Of a DNA stretch of 64,000 nt, positions 37,419 to 45,075 are shown one piece after another; within the stretch, counting starts at the first letter, position 1, and each line of letters starts with the position of its first letter. Both the position numbers and the translations under genes were made by a program. Where the stretch lies: the NCBI GenBank assembly GCA_039587755.1, contig JBDHBD010000001.1, positions 199,947 to 263,946 of the forward strand, in the 5' to 3' direction. This stretch comes from Gemmatimonadota bacterium (lineage in GTDB: Bacteria > Gemmatimonadota > Gemmatimonadetes > Palauibacterales > Palauibacteraceae). The notes beneath the pieces are model-generated. The model saw only the letters and a program-made list of their open reading frames with translations, did no database searches and was not told the DNA's origin.

Positions 37419-40400
37419 ACCGAGCTCGCTCGCCTCTGTGCGTGAGGGAACGCTGCGGCTGCGACGTCGGGCGCTGGTCGCCGTCGTCACCGCCGGTCTG
37501 GCCGGGTCGGGGTGTGTTCTCCTGCTGCTCACGTTGCTTCCCGATCGCACGCTGACTGCACCAGGGGCTCTCCTGTCCCTTGCAGGCACGGGGCTCTTCG
37601 TCACCTCGATCCTGGCCGCGGTCTACGGGAGCCATCGCGTGATCGGCCGACTCACGCCCCGCCGGCTCGCTCTTGAGGCCGAGGGCCCGTCGGGGCTGGG
37701 CACCGGCGATCTTCTGGCCGCGCTGGAGCTGGAGTCGGGAGAAGGGTCGGGCTCGGCATCGCTGGCGAGCGAGCACGTCACGCGAGTAGCGAAGCGTGTC
37801 GGCGACCTCGACACAGCCGGGTTGTTCCCGCACAGTGCGCGCCGCTGGGCTCGCAGGCTTCGTGTCGCGCTCACGTCCGCAGGCCTGGTCGTGTCGTTGC
37901 TGGGGCTGAGTGCCCTCACGCGTCCGGAGTCGACGAAGGCGGCCGCGATCGCCATGGCCACGCCGTGGCGTGCCGTCCTCCCCGCACCCCGTCCTCCGAT
38001 CCTGGTGGAGCCCGGCCACGCACAGGTGGCCCGCGGCGACAGCCTTAGCGTACGAGTGCTGGCACCCAGCCGGTCGCGCGTGGACCTCGTGTGGCAGGTC
38101 GTGGGAGAGAAGAGACGCGGCCGGCAGATAGACGTGACGCCCGACGGCACGGGCTCCGAAACGATCCCCTCGGTCGTCGCGCTGACCCGGTATTGGGTGG
38201 AGGGATTGGACGGAGTGTCGAGCGACACGTTCGCGATCCAGCCGCTGGAACCACTGCTGGTGGAGCAGCTGCACGTCGTGATGTCCTATCCGTCGTACCT
38301 GGGGCGTCCGCCCGACAGCATCGCGGCCCCCCTCCCGACATTGGTCATGCCGGCCGGCACGAGAATCGAGCTGTCCGGTCGCGCGAACTACAGCCTCGTG
38401 GAGGTCCACCTCGCCTTCCGACCTCTCACGCTGAGCTCGGACGCCGCCGAACGACCCGGCTCATCCGCTCGGACGGCGGCGCCAACAAGCATCGACGTGG
38501 ACGCGCACCATTTCGGCGGGCAGATCCAACCAGTGTTCAGCGGCGAGTGGACCTGGCACCTGCGCGCCGCCGATGCCCCGGGAGAGCCTGTCCCGCCCGC
38601 GCCGATCGAAACGCTGGTGATTCCGGATAGCGTTCCGCGGGTCCGTGTGCTCTTCCCGGCCGCCGATACGGCGCTCCGGGGCGACGCCGTGCTGCCCCTG
38701 GTCGCGGAGGCGCGGGATGACATCGGTCTGCGATCCGTGGAGCTTGTGAGTTGGCTTGGATCGGCGCCCGCTGACCAAGCAGGCCCACGCGTTGAGCGCC
38801 TCGGCCCGGAGCGCGCCGGAGACAGTCGGGCCCTCGTGCGACCGCTGCTCGATCTGCGCGACAGGGAGCTGTTACCGGGTGACACGGTCTATTACGTCGT
38901 GCGGGCGACCGACGCCAATCCGACCCATTCATCGGCGAGCTCCGACACATTCCGCGTTTGGCTGCCGACGCTGGCCGACATGGGCGTCGCGCGGGCCGAG
39001 CAAATGCAGGAGCTGGCGAGCGCGACGGAGGCGCTCGAGGCGGCTGCCGGCGATCTGGAGCGTGCGGCGAGAGAAGAGGCTCGGCGCGCGACGTCGCCGG
39101 AAACAGGCGATCCGGCGCCGCGTCCGACGCCAGACTCGCCCTCGGCGAGCTCGAAGGCGCTGTCCGAGCGGTCCGCGCTGCAGGACCGCGGCGAGGAGCT
39201 CGGCCGTGAGCTTCGGGAGCTCCAGGACGAGATCGAGCGTCTGCACTCTCAGCTGAAATCTTCGTTGCACGGCGATCCGTCGCTGGAGCGAGAGCTGACG
39301 AAGCTGGCCGAGCAGTGGCGCGAGGGCACGAGCGACCGGCTGGATTCGGCGAGCCGAGAGCTGGGTGAGCGACTCCAAGCGAACGACCCGGGCGCCGCTC
39401 GAGATGCCCTCGACCAGCTGGCGCGGGAGGCGCGAGCGCTGCGTGACCAGCTGCAGGCCACAGGCGGCCGGTTGGAAATGGCGGCACTCGAGCAGTCGCT
39501 GAAGGCCTCGCGCGCGGAAGCGGCGGAGCTGGCAACCCGTCAGGAGGCTGCGACCGATGCGCTCTCGCACCACGCCGACTGGTCCGAGCGAGAAGAGGGT
39601 CTGGCTGACGACGCGGAGGCGCTGGCGAAACGGCTGGGCGACCTGGAGGGCCAGCTAGAAGGGCTAGGTGCCGAGGAGGAGGCGGATTCGTCCGGTGTGG
39701 CTGGTGAGCGTGCCGCTCAGGCCGGTGAACAGATGCGCGAAGCCGCCCGTCTCGCGGCGGCCGAGAAGCGAGAGAGGGACCGTGAAGCGGACGTCGGCCA
39801 GGGCGAGCAGCGGCCGCGGGGAGATCCGACACCCCCGGCGGGCACACCGCCTGCGGCCGAACAGCAGGCTCGCAAAGCGACGGAGAATCTGCAACGAGCG
39901 GCGGAGGCGCTGGATGCGGCCGGTTCGGATTTGTCGGGCGAGCGGGACGACGCAGCCCTGGCGACTCTGGCTCGGGCCCGAACCGAGGCCCTTCAGTTGG
40001 CAGGCGAAGAACTGGGCTTGCTCGAGGCCAGGCCTGACGAGACGGCGCGCGGTCGGCAGGCTGCCCTCCGCCAGGGACTCGATAATCTCGCGCAACGCCT
40101 GGCCGAGGCTCGCGACGCGGGCGCCTTCGGGGACCGAGCGATGACGGCGCAGGTCGATGCCGCGACTCGCGCAATGGACTCGGCGATCGAGCGGCTGTCT
40201 GAAACGGGACGCAGCGCCGCCGCCGCCCAGGCGCACCGGGACGCCATTGAAGCCCTCAACGATCTGGCGCTGCAGCTTCTGGAGGCAGAGCAATCCAGCA
40301 GCACCGCCTCGGCTGGAGCGGCGGGTCAGGAGGCCAGGGAGCGCATGTCGGCTCTGGCACAGCAGCAAGGCGGGGTGACAGAGCGCACGCGAGCCCTGCA

Positions 40401-40923
40401 CCGCCTGGATGCGGAAGGGCGCGACGTTCGTCCGCAAGCGGAACAGCTCGCCCGCGAGCAGGCGCGCATCGCGGAGGAACTGGAATTGCTGGGGCGGGAC
40501 GAGGATGAGCTGCTCGGCGAGCCGGCGGCGCTGGCTCGCGAGGCGCACGAGCTCACAGACCGATTGACGACCGGCCGCGTGGACTCCGAGACCCTGGACA
40601 GACAGCGCGGCCTCTTCCGTCGGATGCTCGACGCCGGTCGGTCGCTGGAGCAGGACGAGTTTGACACGGAGCGCCGCGAGTCGCGTACCGGCGAGGCCGT
40701 TTTGCGTGACGTGCCGGAGCTCGACCCGAGCCTCCTGGCCGGACCCCGCTTCCCGCTTCCGGAGGAGACGGCCCTCGGTCGACTTCCACCGTACTATCGT
40801 CGCCTGGTCCTCGAGTACTTCGATCGGCTGAACAACGCGGAGGCTGGCGGGCTAGATCGAGCGACCGATCAGGAGCAAGGTGGTGATGAGCGGGTCGAAG
40901 GACGGCATGGTGGGCGTGAGTAG
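37411..40923 (+). CDS. Giant membrane-anchored coiled-coil protein of unknown function (DUF4175-like?)
   Basis: 1170 aa. Two N-terminal TM helices, a ~450-aa beta-rich region, a ~540-aa Ala/Glu/Arg/Leu coiled coil and a conserved-looking C-terminus (LPPYYRRLVLEYFDRL). The start overlaps rsmI by 8 bp. Confidence 0.6.
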   Translation: MSEPSSLASVREGTLRLRRRALVAVVTAGLAGSGCVLLLLTLLPDRTLTAPGALLSLAGTGLFVTSILAAVYGSHRVIGRLTPRRLALEAEGPSGLGTGDLLAALELESGEGSGSASLASEHVTRVAKRVGDLDTAGLFPHSARRWARRLRVALTSAGLVVSLLGLSALTRPESTKAAAIAMATPWRAVLPAPRPPILVEPGHAQVARGDSLSVRVLAPSRSRVDLVWQVVGEKRRGRQIDVTPDGTGSETIPSVVALTRYWVEGLDGVSSDTFAIQPLEPLLVEQLHVVMSYPSYLGRPPDSIAAPLPTLVMPAGTRIELSGRANYSLVEVHLAFRPLTLSSDAAERPGSSARTAAPTSIDVDAHHFGGQIQPVFSGEWTWHLRAADAPGEPVPPAPIETLVIPDSVPRVRVLFPAADTALRGDAVLPLVAEARDDIGLRSVELVSWLGSAPADQAGPRVERLGPERAGDSRALVRPLLDLRDRELLPGDTVYYVVRATDANPTHSSASSDTFRVWLPTLADMGVARAEQMQELASATEALEAAAGDLERAAREEARRATSPETGDPAPRPTPDSPSASSKALSERSALQDRGEELGRELRELQDEIERLHSQLKSSLHGDPSLERELTKLAEQWREGTSDRLDSASRELGERLQANDPGAARDALDQLAREARALRDQLQATGGRLEMAALEQSLKASRAEAAELATRQEAATDALSHHADWSEREEGLADDAEALAKRLGDLEGQLEGLGAEEEADSSGVAGERAAQAGEQMREAARLAAAEKRERDREADVGQGEQRPRGDPTPPAGTPPAAEQQARKATENLQRAAEALDAAGSDLSGERDDAALATLARARTEALQLAGEELGLLEARPDETARGRQAALRQGLDNLAQRLAEARDAGAFGDRAMTAQVDAATRAMDSAIERLSETGRSAAAAQAHRDAIEALNDLALQLLEAEQSSSTASAGAAGQEARERMSALAQQQGGVTERTRALHRLDAEGRDVRPQAEQLAREQARIAEELELLGRDEDELLGEPAALAREAHELTDRLTTGRVDSETLDRQRGLFRRMLDAGRSLEQDEFDTERRESRTGEAVLRDVPELDPSLLAGPRFPLPEETALGRLPPYYRRLVLEYFDRLNNAEAGGLDRATDQEQGGDERVEGRHGGRE

Positions 40924-42769
40924 ACGAACGGCTCTTCGGACCCGTCGATGCAGCGAGAGACTGGCTCGGGCGGCGTTCCTGACCCTGCTCCTGCAGACGG
41001 GGTTCGGTCTCGCGGGACACGTGAGACATGCAGGGGCTCAGGAAGGACCATCGGCACGCATCGAGCGTTCGCTGGATCACGCGAATCGTCTGCTCCGGGC
41101 CGGCCGGGCGGAGGAAGCTAGCAGGGTCCTCGAAACGCTGCTCGAAGAGCATCCGACTTCAGCGGACGCGCTGGCCCTCCTGTTTGGCGTTACCGGCGAG
41201 CTCGGCAAGCCAGAGGCTTTCCTGTCTTTCATCGCGACGGCAGCCCGCCACGGCGGGACGGGTGAGGCGGCTCTCCAGGAGCTATGGGTGCGCGGTCTTC
41301 TGCGTGCCGAGCATGCCGATGAAGCGCGAACCGTTGCAGAACGGTGGTTGGAAGAGAGAAAGAGTGAGCCGCGGGCGTATGCCGCGCTCGCAGCGGTCCA
41401 CACAGCGACCGGTCGGCCGAGCCGCGCGATCGAGAGTCTCGAGCGGGGTCGTCGGCAGGTAGGGGACCGCACGCTGTTTCGGGCTGAGCTCGCGGTCTTA
41501 TACGCGGAGGTGGGCCGGTTCGAGGCGCTGGTCGCGGAGTGGCTGGCGCGGCTGGCGGAGCGGCCTCCGGATCTCGGAGCCGTGCAGCGGGAGATCACGG
41601 CGCTCGAATCACGTGCGGCCGCAATCGAAGCCCTGTGGTCTGCAGCCGCCGAGACAAACCGTGAACCGGAGATGCAGCAGTCCGTGGCTCTGCTCGCGTT
41701 GCGCTTCGGCAGGGCCGATGCGGCACGCCGGATTCTGAGTCTCGCGCTCCCCTCGCTGCCAGCGGGCCAAGCGTCGGTAGCTCTGGCCGCGTACGTGCGT
41801 GAAGCCGAGGAAGCCGCGCTGGTGGAGGAAGCTGCCTGGGGGGCGATGCGGCTGACGGAGGTGGCCGCGTCGCCGCGCGAACGCTGGCGCTGGCTGGCGC
41901 TTGCCGGAGAGAGAGCGCTCGAGGCGGGCGATACCGCGAGTGCTCTGGCCTCGGCGGAACGGCTGGTCGCACAGGCGCCTCCGGGGAGTGAGGGTGCCAC
42001 TCGTGCGCTGGAGCGGTTGGTCACGCTGCTGGCCGCACGACCCTCCGGAATCGACGCGGCGACGCGGCAGCTGGAGGCCTACGTTCGGGCGCACCCGGAC
42101 TCCAGCATGAGAATCGCCGATCTCACGCTCGCCGTTGCTCAGGGCCAGGTGCGTGCAGACCGACGCGCGGCCGCAGGCGAGCTCTTGCGGGAGGCACCGG
42201 TTGGAGAAGGTGCGGCCAGGCATGTTCTGAATGCGGCGCTGGCAGTGCTCGAGCTACAACGAGGACGGCAGGCGGGAGCGCTCGAGCTATTACGCAGCGC
42301 GGCAACAGGCGAGGGGGTTCCAGAGGATATGCGGACGCGCTGGATCTCGCTGCTGGCGGTCCTCGAATCGGCTGATTCGTTGGAAGTCGCGTCGCTCGGC
42401 CGCGCACTCGAGACAGCGGCCGCTGCGCCGGCAGCCTTCGATCCCACCGCGCTGCTGGAGCAGTGGACCGGGCGCCCGGTGGCCAGCGGTCGAGCGGCAG
42501 CGCTCGCCTTTCTGGCCGGTGAGCTGGAAGCGACCGGGCGGACGGACGCGGCGGTCGCCGTTCACGAAGCGCTTGTGCGGGAGCTTCCTGATAGTCCCGA
42601 GACGGCAGCGGCCATGCTCGCTCTGGCGCGGCACGCGCTCGGTACCGATTCGGCGCGTAGCCGAACGTGGCTCGAGCGCCTGGTAACCCGATTTCCAGAC
42701 AGTGCCGTCGCACCCCTTGCCCGCCGAGTGCTCGCGGAGCTGAGCGGACGCGGGCCGGCGGGCGATTAG
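40880..42769 (+). CDS. Secreted TPR-like helical repeat protein
   Basis: Signal peptide AFLTLLLQTGFGLAGHVRHAGAQE, then Ala/Leu-rich TPR-like repeats over ~600 aa. Start uncertain (40880-40940 has several candidates); overlaps the upstream gene. Confidence 0.55.
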   Translation: MVMSGSKDGMVGVSRRTALRTRRCSERLARAAFLTLLLQTGFGLAGHVRHAGAQEGPSARIERSLDHANRLLRAGRAEEASRVLETLLEEHPTSADALALLFGVTGELGKPEAFLSFIATAARHGGTGEAALQELWVRGLLRAEHADEARTVAERWLEERKSEPRAYAALAAVHTATGRPSRAIESLERGRRQVGDRTLFRAELAVLYAEVGRFEALVAEWLARLAERPPDLGAVQREITALESRAAAIEALWSAAAETNREPEMQQSVALLALRFGRADAARRILSLALPSLPAGQASVALAAYVREAEEAALVEEAAWGAMRLTEVAASPRERWRWLALAGERALEAGDTASALASAERLVAQAPPGSEGATRALERLVTLLAARPSGIDAATRQLEAYVRAHPDSSMRIADLTLAVAQGQVRADRRAAAGELLREAPVGEGAARHVLNAALAVLELQRGRQAGALELLRSAATGEGVPEDMRTRWISLLAVLESADSLEVASLGRALETAAAAPAAFDPTALLEQWTGRPVASGRAAALAFLAGELEATGRTDAAVAVHEALVRELPDSPETAAAMLALARHALGTDSARSRTWLERLVTRFPDSAVAPLARRVLAELSGRGPAGD

Positions 42770-42782
42770 GGGGATTCGCGAA

Positions 42783-44078
42783 ATGAGCCCCCGGTCGGGT
42801 CCCGCAGCACGCGCCGCCCGTCTTCGGTTGCTGGTGTTCGTCGCAGCGGCGGCCGTAAGCCTGACAGCCGCACCGGCGAGCAGCCAGCTGTTGGTGCCGA
42901 TGGACGAGCGACAGGAGAACCACCTCAAGGCGTATGGCCTCGCCTATCGTGTGCTCTCGTCGGGCGAAGAGGCGGAATGGCTACTCAACTTCCGTGCAGG
43001 GTCTTTTCTCATCCCCGACACCGAGGCGAACCTGCGCGCGGCGGCGCTTCTCGGGGTCACGGTGGAGCGAATCGACCCTCGAAGCCTGGCCGATCTGCGA
43101 GGCCAGCTGGAAGGCGGCAACATGGAATCGGTGCCGCTCGAGAAGGCCCCTCTCGTCGCCGTGTATACACCCCCGAACAGCTCGCCGTGGGACGATGCAG
43201 TCACGATGGCGCTCGAGTATGCGGAGATCCCTTACGAGAAACTGTGGGATCGGGAGGTGCTGAGCGGCGCGTTGGACCGGTTCGACTGGCTGCACCTGCA
43301 TCACGAAGACTTCACCGGACAGTACTCGAAGTTCTACCTGACCTACGCGGCCGCCGAATGGTTGCAGGAAGAGGTGGGGCGCAATGAGGCAATGGCGGTC
43401 GACCTGGAGTTTCCGTCGGTGCCCGCCCTCAAGAAGGCGGTGGCCCGGCGGATCCGGGATTACGTCGAACAGGGTGGGTTCATCTTCGCGATGTGTACGG
43501 CGACGGAAACGCTCGAGCTCGCGCTGGCCGCCGAGCAGGTTGACATCGCGGCCTCTTTTTCCGACGGGACACCACCCGATCGGGACGCAGAGCGGCGCTT
43601 GGACTGGGACGCCGCGATGGCGTTCGAGGGCGCGTCGCTGATCACCGATCCTTCGCTGAGCGCCTTCAGCGACATCGACGGCCATCAGGTCAACACACCG
43701 TGGCGCAAACCGCTGGCCACCTTTTCCTTGTTCGAATACGCGGCAAAGGTCGATCCAGTGCCCGCCATGTTGACGCAAAGTCATGAACGGGTGCTGCCGG
43801 ACTTTTACGGGCTCACCACGAGCTTCAGCCGTGAGCGGCTCAAGGCGGGCGTGACGGTCCTCGCTGAAGAGGCGAACACCGGACGGATCAAGTACCTGCA
43901 CGGACAGTTCGGCGAGGGAACTTTCACCTACCTCGGGGGGCACGATCCGGAAGACCCCCGCCACTTGATCGGGGATCCGCCGACCGATCTCGATTTGGAG
44001 CGGCATTCACCGGGTTATCGCCTCATCTTGAACAACGTGCTCTTTCCTGCCGCCCGAAAGAAGAAGTTGAAGACGTGA
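42783..44078 (+). CDS. Secreted protein with putative class-I glutamine-amidotransferase-like (ThuA/DUF4159-like) fold
   Basis: Signal peptide LLVFVAAAAVSLTAAPASSQ. The pattern LVAVY...WLHLHHEDF...YVEQGGFIFAMC resembles the protein at 60564-61406. 431 aa. Confidence 0.5.
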   Translation: MSPRSGPAARAARLRLLVFVAAAAVSLTAAPASSQLLVPMDERQENHLKAYGLAYRVLSSGEEAEWLLNFRAGSFLIPDTEANLRAAALLGVTVERIDPRSLADLRGQLEGGNMESVPLEKAPLVAVYTPPNSSPWDDAVTMALEYAEIPYEKLWDREVLSGALDRFDWLHLHHEDFTGQYSKFYLTYAAAEWLQEEVGRNEAMAVDLEFPSVPALKKAVARRIRDYVEQGGFIFAMCTATETLELALAAEQVDIAASFSDGTPPDRDAERRLDWDAAMAFEGASLITDPSLSAFSDIDGHQVNTPWRKPLATFSLFEYAAKVDPVPAMLTQSHERVLPDFYGLTTSFSRERLKAGVTVLAEEANTGRIKYLHGQFGEGTFTYLGGHDPEDPRHLIGDPPTDLDLERHSPGYRLILNNVLFPAARKKKLKT

Positions 44079-45001
44079 AGTTGCGCCGCTCGTCGCCCCG
44101 CGGGCGTGGAAACGGTCTCCGCGTCTCCAGGCTCGGTGCACCGGTCCGCGGTGGGTACGGGCGTCGCTCCCGTGAGCGGGGCTACCGACGCGCGCTCGCC
44201 ACCGGTCTGATTCTCTCGGTGCTCGCCCACACCGTCGTGCTCGTGCTGTCGGGTCGGCTTCCTTTTGGCGCTCTGCGTGGCCCGATTCCCGAGGATGCGG
44301 AGCTTCCGCGGGCTCCGGGCCTGGTCATCGTGGGGATCACCGAGGTGCAGAGCCCGGCTCCTCCCGAAGAGGCGCGTGCGGAGGCGCGCCGACCGGAGGA
44401 GACAGAGGTGGTCCGTATCGCGCCGCTGCCGCCGGAGGGCGGGGGAGAAGAGGAGGCAGCGGCGGAAGAGGCGGAAGAGGAGCCGGAACCTTCGCTCACG
44501 AACGCCGAGCGACTGCGCCCGCGCTACGGCGACCGTCGGGTATGGATCGATCCGGACGAACTGGACCTGTATGGTGAGCGTCTGGCCCGATACGCCCGTG
44601 CGGACAGCGCCGTGCGTGCGATTCTCCGGAACTGGCTGGACAGCCTGGCGCTCAGTGAGGAGGAGCGCCGCCGTGCCCTCGACTGGACGCTGAAAAAGGG
44701 CGACGAGCGCTGGGGAATCTCGCCCGAAGGGCTCCACCTGGGAGACATCACGATCCCCATCCCGTTTTCTCTCGCACCCAGTGGCCCCCAGCGTCGTGAG
44801 TTCGAGCAGGCACTGCGTGACCTGCAGGAGATCAGGCGGCAGGACCTGCAAGCCGACCTGGAGGAGAACAGGAGGGAGCGGGCCGAGGAGATGCGCAGGC
44901 GATCGCGCGAAGAGGCGGAGCGTCGACGCCAGGCCGAGGAAGCCGACAGCACTCTCTCGGTCCTGCCCGCGCGCGTTGGCATTGGAGACAACCGCCGTTA
45001 A
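44075..45001 (+). CDS. Hypothetical bitopic membrane protein with acidic linker
   Basis: Arg-rich N-terminus, one TM helix (LATGLILSVLAHTVVLVLS), an E/A-rich acidic low-complexity region and an R/E-rich helical C-terminus. ATGA overlap with the upstream gene. Confidence 0.5.
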   Translation: MKLRRSSPRGRGNGLRVSRLGAPVRGGYGRRSRERGYRRALATGLILSVLAHTVVLVLSGRLPFGALRGPIPEDAELPRAPGLVIVGITEVQSPAPPEEARAEARRPEETEVVRIAPLPPEGGGEEEAAAEEAEEEPEPSLTNAERLRPRYGDRRVWIDPDELDLYGERLARYARADSAVRAILRNWLDSLALSEEERRRALDWTLKKGDERWGISPEGLHLGDITIPIPFSLAPSGPQRREFEQALRDLQEIRRQDLQADLEENRRERAEEMRRRSREEAERRRQAEEADSTLSVLPARVGIGDNRR

Positions 45002-45075
45002 ACTCTGCGGGCGGGAAGCGGGTACTGTCGAAGCCGTACGACCCCCTGCAGGGATCCCTTGAGCGAGCGAGCACG

